DNA of 64,000 nucleotides from Eledone cirrhosa (GCA_964016885.1 OZ024743.1:257362001-257426000); one strand, 5' to 3'. Shown: positions 1 through 11,200, numbered from the stretch's first letter. The notes: generated from the letters alone by a model not told the origin. Numbers and translations: made by a program.

Positions 1-521
1 GCAGAGCTCAAGCCGGTTCGACGGTTATTTCTGGACTAGAGTAAGAGTTTTTTAGTCTGGTAAATAAATAGCCGAATTTTTCAAGGGGTACTTCCTTATA
101 TGGGAAGATTGTAGTTGTCAAGAGGATTGGTCAAAATGTGTAGCAGACAGAGAAAGATGCCGTGTAGATTTCACTTTCTACGCTTGACCGGCTCTACCCA
201 CTCCCCTATCGTTCTACAGGCAAGTTCAGCCATCCCCACTCCACAACCACTGCCATGATAGACTATTCTGTGTCTGCTACAAACTTTGACCAATCCACTT
301 GACAACTACAATCTTCCCACATAAGGAGGTTCCCCTTAAAAAGTTCGGCTATTTATTTACCAAACTAAATCAACTCTTACTTTAGTCCAGAAATAGCCGT
401 CGAAACGGCTTGAGCTCTGCCGTCGGGGTCATACTTTCTCATATTACCCACTCTACTACTCTAAGTATTGAGTACTCTGGTGCATTATGGTCCATCTGGT
501 TCCTTACCACAACTCCTTCGT
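1..521. mobile_element. Fold-back element (inverted arms ~1-152 and ~268-420), truncated by the window edge and ending at a (TA)n tract; probably PLE terminal-repeat derived
   Basis: GCAGAGCTCAAGCCG...GTAGCAGACA at the start is the imperfect reverse complement of TGTCTGCTAC...CGGCTTGAGCTCTGC ending at 420. Same layout as the other TA-flanked palindromes here. Confidence 0.6.
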
Positions 522-596
522 TATATATATATATATATATAATTCAAGAAAGAAGAGTGACATGGTTGGCTATACAATAAGGGCTTTATTCACATG

Positions 597-703
597 GCTG
601 ACAATTGTTTCTTTGATCTGGTAGGTCTAGAGTTCGCTAATCGCTTGATGTTGCGTCAATCGATCTCCAATACTTTGTTTATAACCAGTCGTTTCATCAG
701 AGC
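597..703 (-). ncRNA. Type I hammerhead ribozyme motif with long structured stem II
   Basis: Minus strand reads GCT-CTGATGA-[~80 nt]-GAAA-CAATTG-TC-AGC: intact core, stem I GCT/AGC, palindromic stem III typical of PLE HHRs, GUC cleavage triplet, AATAAA just downstream. Confidence 0.7.
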
Positions 704-805
704 GTGCGTAAGTGAGGAAAATACTCAAGGCATGGCTTTTATAGAGGAGTGGTGTTAGACCAGAACAATAATATCAATAATAAAATAACTAGATACTGAA
801 TATCG

Positions 806-838
<33 letters not shown>

Positions 839-1149
839 AAGTTTGTCCTTCATCAGTGGTCTTCCAACCGTCCTAGGCATTTCATCGCTTTAAAGACCAT
901 ATACCTCAGGTTGGTGCGAGCAACGGCTAACAAAAGTCGTTGGGACACGTAAATAAAGGGGACGGTAGGGTAAACAAACAAAATGGTTTAAGCAACAGAA
1001 AGTGATGAAGAAAGAGACAAGTCCCAGATTTCTATGAATATAAATTCGGTGAAATTGTGAACGAGAGAATAAAGACCATCAAACCTGGTTGAAATGTGAG
1101 CAAGGAAGGAATTTCGCACAGGTCTAACGGGAGGAAGAATATATATCTA

Positions 1150-1182
<33 letters not shown>

Positions 1183-1199
1183 GATATTCAGTATCTAGT

Positions 1200-1255
<56 letters not shown>

Positions 1256-1284
1256 GTGGTTACACAACAGTTAGTTCACCATAC

Positions 1285-1322
1285 GGAGAACAATTGTTTC
1301 ACTTTAGCCTATCCTCAGCTCC
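1285..1322 (-). ncRNA. Minimal hammerhead-like motif
   Basis: GGAG-CTGAGGA-TAGGCTAAAGT-GAAA-CAATTG-TT-CTCC; stem II pairs poorly. Confidence 0.6.
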
Positions 1323-1514
1323 TAATGGGCATAATTATACGGTACAGGAAGGACAACCGTATAAACGCGCATGCGCAGAAACGCGTCACTTCACACAGGC
1401 AATACTAAAATGCGTGCGAGAGGTGTAAGGGAGATAACTGCGAAAGTCCGAAAAGTTTTTAGTTGATAAGAAAAAATATTGATGTTGTTACAATAATTCA
1501 TTCAATCCGGAGGT

Positions 1515-1960
1515 TTGTAGTTATGCAATAGGTGTTTCGAGACGTGTGGACGACGTGTGAAAAATTCATTTCTCGTGTTTAGGCAATCACTATTGCATAA
1601 TCTCTTTAGAATATTTATTCGTTCGTCAATACACAGTCCACACGACGGATTTCCCCTTGCGTATGGCTTGGACTTAGTGATGGCTTTCCATTGAATGGAG
1701 TAGTCTATACTTGAGTCCTTGAGGGACCATACGTGACTCGCGAGTTTCGTGGATGAACGTCTGTCCGGGTACCTAAAGTTCGACTGATGGTTCAGGAAAC
1801 GTTCCTTAAATCAGCCCTCCGCCTAGCCCACGTGGGATTTGACCTCTTGTGGTTGGTTTGATCGGTTGGAAGTGACCACAGCTTCATAAATTACAGCTGG
1901 TGTGTTGCATTGCTGTTGAAGGGGGCAAGCTTCGGGCTTACGGCAAGAGCACCCTGGTGG
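1515..1960 (-). pseudogene. Degenerate PLE GIY-YIG endonuclease (CxCx5C linker, Naiad-like)
   Basis: Manual translation GCSCRKPEACPLQQQCNTPAVIYEAVV...SHVG*AEG*FKERFLNHQSNFR...TKLASHVWSLK...IQWK, with stops and frameshifts. Confidence 0.8.
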
Positions 1961-2014
1961 AGTGTTGCTCCTAGGGCTCCTGGTGATTCCTGTTCCGTAT
2001 GACCATGCCCATTA

Positions 2015-2052
2015 CGAGCTGAGTATCCGCTAAGATGAAACAATTGTTCTCG
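2015..2052 (+). ncRNA. Minimal hammerhead-like motif (variant core CTGAGTA)
   Basis: CGAG-CTGAGTA-TCCGCTAAGAT-GAAA-CAATTG-TT-CTCG; inverted partner of 1285-1322. Confidence 0.5.
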
Positions 2053-2146
2053 GTATAGTGAACTAACTGTTGTGTAACCACTTCTACCTAATTCGTCCCA
2101 TGGACTGAATGCTCTACCAGTACGGATATTACCTCCAGTGTTCTAC

Positions 2147-2210
<64 letters not shown>

Positions 2211-2233
2211 ATGTATATATATATATATATACG

Positions 2234-2274
<41 letters not shown>

Positions 2275-2460
2275 AAAAGGTAAACAGAAATAACAAAACA
2301 ATCGGTACAGTATATGGAAGGGATATATTAGGTTAACGCTTGATATAGCAGGAAGAGGGTCTTAACGTTTTGGAGTCTAGTCCTTCATAAGAAGAAAGAA
2401 TGAGATATAAGATAGATTGAGAGGACGGGCGGGATTGAAATGGAAAAAATGTCTTTAGGT
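2275..2460 (-). mobile_element. Short PLE-terminus-like unit with decayed HHR (2360-2394); second copy at ~29450-29600
   Basis: Minus strand CTT-CTTATGA-AGGACTAGACTCC-AAAA-CGTT-AAG, and ~140 nt of clear similarity to 29455-29597. Confidence 0.55.
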
Positions 2461-2552
2461 AAAAATAACAGGTCCATTCATGTTGACATCTCTTGCAAAT
2501 ATATATATATATATATTTGAAGAGATGTCAACATGAATGGACCTGTTATTTT
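2461..2552. repeat. Near-perfect palindrome centred on (TA)n
   Basis: AAAAATAACAGGTCCATTCATGTTGACATCTCTT ... (TA)n ... AAGAGATGTCAACATGAATGGACCTGTTATTTTT. Confidence 0.9.
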
Positions 2553-2587
<35 letters not shown>

Positions 2588-2797
2588 GATAACAAATTAT
2601 CGTTATAGGTAATCCAGTTAGAGGTTGTGAATACTCCGTATTGTGGATAGTTTTAACGTGCAGCGTTGTTTGACTCAACAAGAAGTTTCCTTGGGTAGCG
2701 AGTTTGTGAGTTCTCAAGAATTCTTATTCTTGGAGTAATAATAGTAAAAGGGTGAACAATAACATGATCAACACTACAAAAAGGGTTTTATTTACAG

Positions 2798-2903
2798 TAT
2801 TAACAATTGTTTCATTGATTAAGTTGTCTAAAAATTGCTAATCACTTGAAGTTGTGTCATTCAATTTTAAATACAATGTATGCTTAACCAAATCATCAGA
2901 AAA
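2798..2903 (-). ncRNA. Hammerhead motif with long structured stem II (homologue of 597-703)
   Basis: CTGATGA-T-TTGGTTAAG...CTTAATCAA-T-GAAA-CAATTG-TT-AAT; stem I weak; AATAAA downstream. Confidence 0.6.
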
Positions 2904-3509
2904 ACTAATTAAAATTATACACAGCGTTTGTAATATACTAGGAAAATTCAAATCACAACATCAGTAATAAAGAAAGAAAAAGAAAAAGAGAGAGAGAAAA
3001 AGAAAGAATAAAAAAGAAAAAAAGATAAAGAGAAAATAATAAATAAATAGGTAAATAAGTTTGGAAGCCTCGACAATACAAATGGGTAAATCTCCGGATA
3101 ACAAGATCCGGTGGTGGAGAGAGAGATGTAAGTGGGTGTACGTTGAGATGCGTGGCGTGTATAAGACGTGTACAGGAATGAAGGAAAGAGTATAAAGGAT
3201 AAAATAAAAATAACAACACGAGAGAGGGAGGGATTTAATTGTCCCTATATATTTCGGATTCACATCCATCAACTGGGTTTTTTTTTCCGGGGTGGGGGAA
3301 AGGTTGTCTGTCGGAAAGGTGCGAAACGCGTCCTCCGCTGTTTGTTGTTTTGAATAAATAAATAGTAATAAATAAGTTAGAATGAAGATGATAAAAAATA
3401 AATTAAAAAATGTATATGTGCAAAGTGAACATAATATGATTGTTGAAAATAGTTGTGGTGCTGGTGGTTAAAATATAGAGATGTGATGGTATAAACATGA
3501 AAATACTAA

Positions 3510-3566
<57 letters not shown>

Positions 3567-3730
3567 TTAAATTAATAAATTAATAAATTAGAAGTTATGT
3601 TAGAAGTGAAGAGAATACGATAGGATATAATGTAAGAGGTGAAATAGATTTAGGGAAAGACAGTGAGAGAAAAGTTAGGAGATTATGATGTTGATTCAGT
3701 GATTAGTTGATTTATTGACAGTTAATAATA

Positions 3731-3868
3731 ATTGTTTCTACTTTTGGCACAAGGCAAGCAAATACCCAGTACATTACTGGTACTTTATTTTTTATCGACC
3801 CCGTAAGGATGAAAGGCAAAGTTAACCTCGGCGGGATTTGAACTCAGACCATAAAGGGCCGTAACTCT
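3731..3868 (-). mobile_element. tRNA-derived SINE family A (Nin/Deu-like central domain, (ATT)n tail), 5'-truncated
   Basis: GAGTTCAAATCCC B-box plus GCCTTTCATCCTTACGGGGTCGATAAAA on the minus strand; many copies in the window. Confidence 0.85.
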
Positions 3869-4149
3869 TTGCTGTAAAGTGACAGTTACATAGTGCCGGT
3901 TCATCGATGCGGTTTTATATGCTGTTATGTATGGGCTGAGATTTGGGTTTGTTGATGTTTTGTTGTGATGCGTTTTGACATGTGTGTGGTTACGATGTTG
4001 TTATACGTTTGTGTTTTGTATTTGGTGTTATGGTGTTTGTTTATAGGTTATTTTTATTAGAGATTCTTATAGTTAATTTTATGTATGTGTGAATCTATGT
4101 TGGTTGCAGTCGAGTAAGAATTTTTCTTTTTCTCTTTTCTTTTTCTCTC

Positions 4150-4710
4150 TCTCCTTTTCTTTTTTTCTTTTGCAGATGGCAACCTGTTTGACAAATGTAA
4201 ATAGATCCACAAAGGGAATACTGAAAGGCATAGATGACATTGGTAGAGGTGTACAAGTGAAGGAGTGGTGATTGCAAAAATAATCTTTCATACCTGTGAG
4301 GCTGTGGCGGTTTGTTGTGTAAGAACAGGTATTACGATGGGGGCAGCAACAGGGACAGGAACCAGGTAGAGTCCTAGAGGAGAGGGAAGAGGAACTGTGC
4401 CCAAGAAGTTCATGGAGTTTCTATGGGTGCGCTTAAAGGCAGTAATGGGTGGGTTGGGAAAGAAGTGAGAAGTGATGGGGTTAGAAATGAGGGTTCGGGG
4501 GGTAATGAAGGATTTGGCATCATAGGGGGGGGGGTAGACGGGTGGTAGGTGAGTGGGAAAGGAACGCAAAAGAAGTGTGAATGGGTTGTTGGGTATGAGG
4601 ACTGTTCTGTAGTCAGTATCAGGGGTGCAGGTAAGGTAGTTTGAGTCATAGTGGGAGGATATCCATGCTTGAGGAAGTGAGAAGCCATGCGTTGAGATCA
4701 GATCATGCAC
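4150..4710 (-). pseudogene. Degenerate PLE fragment (RT-EN linker and GIY-YIG start)
   Basis: PPITAFKRTHRN then YTSTNVIYAFQYSLCGSIYICQTG, a decayed version of the PLE NVIY..C..C...YIGQTG motif; frameshifted. Confidence 0.65.
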
Positions 4711-4727
4711 ACACTCACATACATATA

Positions 4728-4760
<33 letters not shown>

Positions 4761-4902
4761 TTGTGTATGTGTATGTGTATATATATATATATGTGTGTGT
4801 GTGTATATGTGTGAATATATATGTGTGTGTGTGTGTGCATATATATAGTGCACATATAACTCCAATGTACAACTATGTATATAATTTTGTGCTGTTGTGC
4901 AG

Positions 4903-5058
4903 GAGTTTCATTGCTTACATCAGTGGGTAGCCCGAGTAGCTCAGGAATCACAGTGTATGGGGCTGAAACACCTTCAGTTATTTCACCATCTGAAGAGACA
5001 TTGAATTCTGTATTCAGAGTTGGAACACAACAGCACCCTCAGCATACAAATGTGTCCA
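4903..5058 (+). CDS. Candidate internal host-gene exon (Ser/Thr-rich, product unknown)
   Basis: Acceptor TTTTGTGCTGTTGTGCAG, donor A|GTAAGT, 156 nt (phase 1-1), open frame xVSLLTSVGSPSSSGITVYGAETPSVISPSEETLNSVFRVGTQQHPQHTNVS; non-repetitive and GC-richer than its flanks. Confidence 0.5.
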
Positions 5059-5482
5059 GTAAGTATCTGTGTTTATTGTATGCACATTTATATATAGGTA
5101 GAACTGCCTTGATCAACTGTCTAGGATTTTTGATAGTGAGAGAAATATATATATATTTGTACTGAAGTTTAGATTATTCCAGGTTGTAATTTAATAACTT
5201 GCATGGCATGTCTTATCCTAATTTGTTCTTCCAAATAAAACTGAAAGTATTGTTATGAAAGATGAAGTCAGTGATACAATAATACAATGTATTGAATTCA
5301 TCTTTAGATTCTATACAATTCATTCATGTTTTTTCGAATCTATTAAGTAGTTGTTTAAAGCTGGCTCTATTGTTTAGTAATAATATTGCTGTACCGTTTT
5401 CTCACAGACATTCCTCACACAAGATATCTTTAATTCAGGATAGAATATGCATTAATGAATAAAATAGTAAAGTAACAGGTTT

Positions 5483-5528
<46 letters not shown>

Positions 5529-7409
5529 GGTATACTTAATTCATTAAGATTATCCATGCAATTGAGAAACAAAAACTCCTAGTTATATTTAAGATATGTG
5601 TTGCATTCATGACAGAATATGAATCAATAAATGAAAGCCTAGTAATAAGCTTAGCAATATATAGTATAAACATCAGTATATATTAGATAATGATTTGAAT
5701 TATTTCATTGCAATTGGGAGAAAAAAAGCTCCCTCTATGTGTATTCAAGATATCTATTGAGTTAAGAAAATATAAATGGATGAACAAAAGTTTAGTGCAG
5801 CAGTATTCATCTTTATTCAGCATATATTATATATTTGCCCTGTGCTTGTGTAGCACACATACTGGTATATATAGGTATATATTTATTTGCCACACCACAT
5901 TAACTGTATGTTTTATATATATTCTTCTCTTCTCCTCTGGTTTTCTTTGGTTAACTCTTTTACTCTTTTACACAATTTTTAATATAAAAACAAACAAAAT
6001 TATGAAAACAAACATAACATCCAGCTGTGTACAGGCTAGAACAGAAGCAAACCAGGTGGCATGAGTCAATGATTTTGAAGATAGAATACACCTCACAAGT
6101 CCTAGTTCTTTAATGACATCATATACACTAAATACCTAAGTATATATCTTTAACCCATATATAACTGAATTTTATCTAGCATTAATTACTAAAATACCAA
6201 ATCTATGTGTGTATAAGCCAAGAAACATGTGGCACAAAATAAATCAACGATAAATAGGATTGACTTTTTTTAGATCAGTATTTTACTCATTTTCACCAAC
6301 TTCAACATCTTCATAAAAGAAGGCACCAAAATATTTGGCGTTTTTTGTTGTAAAGCAAAAATTACATTTCAGAAGCATTATAGAATACTTTTACTACTCA
6401 TAGTATTAATTATGGTTTAATTTCTCCCAGCATGTGAATGCCCAGTTCCCTAATTAATTTTCATTTATTAAATGTTCAAATTGATTTGTATTTATACAAA
6501 TGCTCTGTTAGCATTGGTTTGTTTCAGAAGCCATAAATACTTATATAATATTATATAATACTAATTATACAAACACCATGTGGCAAACAAAAGCTTGAGA
6601 GAATTGTAGAAACTTTCTAACATAGATGAAATGGTAAAAAAGAAAATCATTATGTAATGGAGTTGTGAAACAAAAACTATACTGTAAGTGACATTGCAAA
6701 ATAATTTAGATATCAAAATATTGAAATTTTACAAAAATATTCTCCACTTGTGGGAATTTACAAAACAACACCATCTAAATATATTCTGTTTATTAGCTGC
6801 CTCAGATTATATATGGGATTTTTGCCCATTTCTCCAACATAATATTGGCTTATATATCAGTAAATACAATAATGATATTTTAAAATGGAGCTGCCATGAG
6901 TCTATTACCAGCATTCTTTTTGTGGTGGAGATATATTTCTTTTATTGCTTGGGACTATTACCAGCTTTAGGGGAGGAGGTTAATTTTCCCATCTGCCCTG
7001 CATCTATTACCAGTTTTGTAAGGCCTATATTTCTTATATGGCCTGGGTTTATAACCAACTTTGCACAGCTCTGGCTGTGTTACGTCAGACTTTTAGAACG
7101 TATAGACCTTCAATCTATTCATAAACAATGTGTAATTTTCAAAGAGCAAATAAACGCAAGCCACATTTTGTGTGTGTGTGTATATATATATATATATACA
7201 CACACACTTTGGATGTATATATATATATAGAGAGAGAGAGAGAGATATAGATAAATATACACGGGTGTGTATGATTGTGTATAGAAGATTATATTAATAA
7301 AAGGAATTCCAACTTTGTCTGATTTACTCGTTTTATTTACAATCCTTTAAAATTTATAATGGTATTAGAATGAAATAGTATGGTAGAATATTAAATGTTA
7401 AGTGTTAAT

Positions 7410-7448
7410 TGAACAAGTACTTTCATGCTTTCACAATCTTCAGGTTCA
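7410..7448 (-). ncRNA. Minimal type I hammerhead ribozyme
   Basis: TGAAC-CTGAAGA-TTGTGAAAGCAT-GAAA-GTAC-TT-GTTCA. Confidence 0.7.
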
Positions 7449-7546
7449 TATTGTGTGGCAACAGTCAAGTTTGCAATTTTCAACTGACAGTTGAAAATTG
7501 CAAACTGACAGTTGAAAATTGCAAACTTGACTGTCACCACACAATA

Positions 7547-7585
7547 TGAACCTGAAGATTGCGAAAGCATGAAAGTACTTGTTCA
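7547..7585 (+). ncRNA. Minimal type I hammerhead ribozyme
   Basis: TGAAC-CTGAAGA-T-TGC-GAAA-GCA-T-GAAA-GTAC-TT-GTTCA: 5-bp stem I, GNRA-capped stem II, palindromic stem III. Confidence 0.8.
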
Positions 7586-7962
7586 ATTAACACTTAACAT
7601 TTAATATTCTACCATACTATTTCATTCTAATACCATTATAAATTTTAAAGGATTGTAAATAAAATGAGTAAATCAGACAAAGTTGGAATTCCTTTTATTA
7701 ATATATATATATATATATATTTGTCTTGCGAGGTTTTTGATATGAAATCGTGTGTCGAAACAAATATTGTTATACTTGGGGAGGGTCATATTGTTATAAT
7801 AATATTGCCAGAATTAATAACAGAACACACTCACTCTTTGGTTGGTTTTCGCTTCTGTATCTTTTATATCAGTTAATTTGTACGGTCCTCAATGTTTACC
7901 ATTGACTGACCAACAGTCAAAAGTGCAGATATAATATAGACACAAACACATATATATAGTCT

Positions 7963-8004
7963 AACAAAGTTCTTTCGTTGCACATCTGCAACATCGTCAG
8001 TGGT
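7963..8004 (-). ncRNA. Hammerhead motif in PLE 3' repeat (partly decayed)
   Basis: CA-CTGACGA-T-GTTGCA-GATG-TGCAAC-GAAA-GAAC-TT-TG, about 230 nt downstream of the ORF end. Confidence 0.6.
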
Positions 8005-8235
8005 GCTATTATGTTTCCTCCTGTTGTATTGTATGTCTACGCCATCTTTATTTAATCTGTTTATTTATTTATTTATTTTTGTCTTCTCTGTGCATGCGTT
8101 TGCGTGGGTGTATAGTGTTTGATGTCTGTTCGTGTTTGGGTGACTGTGTTTTGGTTATCTTATTCTAACTTAGTTTACTAGTGTGTGTTTATATGTGTTT
8201 GTTGTTATTGTGCTTGTGTATATATATTTATTTAT

Positions 8236-11200
8236 TTATATTTCTCTTAGGTCAGTATTGTTTGTTTGGGTGTTGTTATTCCATTCATTTTTTCTAAGTT
8301 CTATTTCGCTGGCCTCTCTGATTTGCCTATCTGTTGGGTCATTTCTATGTTTAGATATTATTTTAATTTCTATGTTGTCTATATTACCGCCATGTTGTTG
8401 TCTGGCATGTTCGATTAGTACTGAACCATTTTTTCTTCCTTTTAGTTCCCCCCAGTGTTGGTCTATCCTTTCACCTATGTTACGAGCTGTCTCGCCTATG
8501 TATGTTGTTGTCATGTTTCTGCAAGTACCCTCTGTACATCTTATGCTATAGACTACATTTCTAGTTTTACAGTTTATCCGGGGTTTTACTTTACATATAA
8601 TACATTTCCTATTAGTACAGTGGGTTTTCTTAAAAGGGTATGTTTTGCTGATCAGGGATTTTATGGTGGTTTCTGGCTTTTCTACCACCTTAATCTTTAA
8701 GTGGGTCTTTCTCAGGGTCTTTCTACACTGGTTAGCTAATTTCCCTCCAGGGGTAGCATCCACGAACATGACACTCTGGTATCTCTGGTTGTCGTACCAT
8801 GAGGTGGCTTTCCCTATCTTATGTTTAGTCCTATCTAAGTTATTCCATGATTTGCTCCTGTATAATGGGCAAATTCCTTTCATGTCCAGTTCTATGAGGG
8901 TCTTATACTTCTCCGTGGCTCCTTCGTATACTCTGATTCTGTCTCTTTGGTTGTAGCCAGAGAACTGCATGCGGTTGATGAAGTGTTGGATGTGTCTTTC
9001 CATTTCTGTTGGGTCGCACATGCGGGAGACGTTCTTCATCACTCGTACCAAATCTGCGATCAGAATATTAAACTTAGCACTACTGGACATTGCTGAGTTT
9101 TTGAGTATCAGGTATTTAGAGGCCATGGGTTTAGCGTAGTGTGAGTGGAGAATTTGGGCTCTCTCGTCTATAGTGTTAATCCAGAGTTCCGTGTCTAATA
9201 CAGGTAGTCTATTATTAGGGTGTTTGGAAGGGTAGTCGATAGTTACAGTTATACTCTGGTGTATGGAATTAGCTATCTGCTGGATGCTTTCCATTGTGCT
9301 ACATTCAAAGTCATACTTGTTAGTACTCTCTAGTGGGGATGTCCTTATTACTATATTAATGTTGTCTACATAACGAGAGTACATGAAGAGGTCTATGGAG
9401 CTCTCATCAAGGAGATATTTAAGTCTCCTTTCCCACCATACCATAAAAAGGTTGGCAACGGCACCAGCTATGCTGACGCCAATGGCTGCCCCCTCATTTT
9501 GGGTGTAGATCCTCTTGTTGAATTTGAATATGTGGCCCTTTAGGGTAGTTTTAATACTAGCCCCTATTGCATGTGCAACCATTTTTCTTACCTGATCATT
9601 GTTTTGGGGGTTCCGTATGGCTTTGGTCCACCCAATCCACCTTCCCATGGGAGTCTTTTTTGCCATTGAGTTTATGGCGGGGGTCTACCTCTTATGGGTC
9701 TACTGGAGCAGAAACGGCTAAGGTCATGGCTGTCTAGGTAGTCAGTGTCATAGGTAAGTCTAAGTAGGAGGCCCAGTTCGTCTATGTCGACGTGCAGAAC
9801 TCCACCTCACTCTCACTAATCATCTCCACACATTTTTCCACAGCAAAATCAATGTTAATGGATGGGTATAGTGATACCACATCCATACTGCCTATTATGC
9901 AGTTGGATAGGTTTTTATTTTTGTTGCACTCACTGATTCTGCTGAGGAGGTCTTCTGTACTGTCACATACATCTAGGGACATCTTGATTACGGGGCGTAT
10001 AACCATTGTGAGGAAGTAGGAGATCCTGTAGTTGCTAGCGATATTGGCTCCACATACAGGTCTTGTTGGTGGTCCTGTTGTCGGGTTGTCGAGTGTCTTA
10101 TGGTCTTTGCGGAGCCCATACAAGGGTGGTATGCCATTGTTAGACGCCTGGCAGTTGTTGGCAGTGCGTCTGCTTGGCTTTAGGATGTCAGTCCACATCA
10201 TCATGTGAGCGTTGAGGATCTTCTCTCTCCCCTCATGTATTTGCTGTGTAATTTCGCTCATGTTGGTGATGTGGGGTTGCATAGCCTTGATGTAGTTCAG
10301 CATGCTGTCTATTGACATCCTACCAGACTTATCCGTGGGTAGACATACTACCTCACCATCACTTGTGCGCTGCTTGAGGCTAACTAATCCTTCTACAGGT
10401 TTCCTTCCAAGTTGTTGGATCTCTGGTCAGCTTTGTCTCTTAGTATATCGGTCTACTATGTCTAATATTATTTCTAGCTATGGTGAACTGTGCCTCTGTC
10501 TTGTCATCTATTTGTTGTGGTATACAAACTCTTTTATTAAAGCGTAACCTCGTAGGATAGATATTACCCATCTGATATGTTTTATCAGCTGGATTGAAGA
10601 ATAGTTTCTCTAAGGGGTTGTCATTATGTCTATCGTCATAGTTGTGTGTGTTGCTATTATTGTTATTATGGTGGGTGTTGTTGTTCCTATCATTAACATT
10701 ATTATTATTGTTATGATTGCTAGATGTATTGTTGTTATGATTGTTAGATGCATTGCTGTTATTTTCTCTATTGTTATTGTTGTTGTTACTGTTATTTCTA
10801 CCATTGTGGTTGTTACTTTTATTATTATGTTTCTTGTTTTTGTTGTTGTTGTGTTTATCACAAATGTTCCTACACGTATTATTTCTATTATTACTACTGT
10901 GGTTGTTGTTGTGTCTGTCGTTAATGTTTCCATTATTATTATTATTGTGGTTGTTGTTGTTGTTCTGTCTATCGCTAATATTATTACCATTATTATTATT
11001 ACTATTTCTCACTCTCCTGTTATTGTTATGACTATTACTATTATAGCTGTTATTTCTATACTCAGAGTTATTGCTTATATTATTATTGTTGTTGTTATTT
11101 ATTTTCGCATTCCAACGTATTTTTGTGAAACACTTTTCCAGTTCCGTTTTACCCTCGATTGGATTAATCTTTTTGTAGATAGCAAATGTTGGTCTGAGCT

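Larger units (their letters stand above)
1252..2150 (-). mobile_element. Truncated Penelope-like element with inverted terminal repeats (~1252-1345 / ~1990-2087), flanked by (TA)n
   Basis: AGAAGTGGTTACACAACAGTTAGTTCAC... is inverted relative to ...GTGAACTAACTGTTGTGTAACCACTTCT. It encloses a GIY-YIG relic and each arm has an HHR-like motif. Confidence 0.85.
7290..7703. mobile_element. Near-perfect ~410-bp palindrome carrying two divergent hammerheads
   Basis: ~200-bp arms (ATATTAATAAAAGGAATTCC... / ...GGAATTCCTTTTATTAATAT) with few mismatches; right end runs into (TA)n. Confidence 0.9.

Noticed and set aside
380-420. Hairpin AGCCGT-CGAA-ACGGCT followed by GAGCTC, laid out like a hammerhead
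   Set aside because: Neither CTGANGA nor GAAA is in the required place in either arm.
838-862. Minus-strand CTGATGAAGGAC
   Set aside because: Cut off by the (TA)n tract before stem II closes; at most half an HHR.
2830-2870. ATGA...AA...GA in the HHR insert as a possible SECIS
   Set aside because: The stem above ATGA is only ~3 bp against ~11-12 bp in SECIS, and the other copy has TTGA.
3305-3337. GCGAAACGCGTC, an HHR-like 3' half
   Set aside because: No CTGANGA core or stem I upstream.
4905-4926. Minus-strand CTGATGTAAGCAATGAAAC
   Set aside because: Core lacks A9 and the stems do not form; better explained as antisense of the candidate exon.
6688-7230. 180-aa ORF
   Set aside because: No recognisable domain, biased composition, ends in microsatellite; likely chance.
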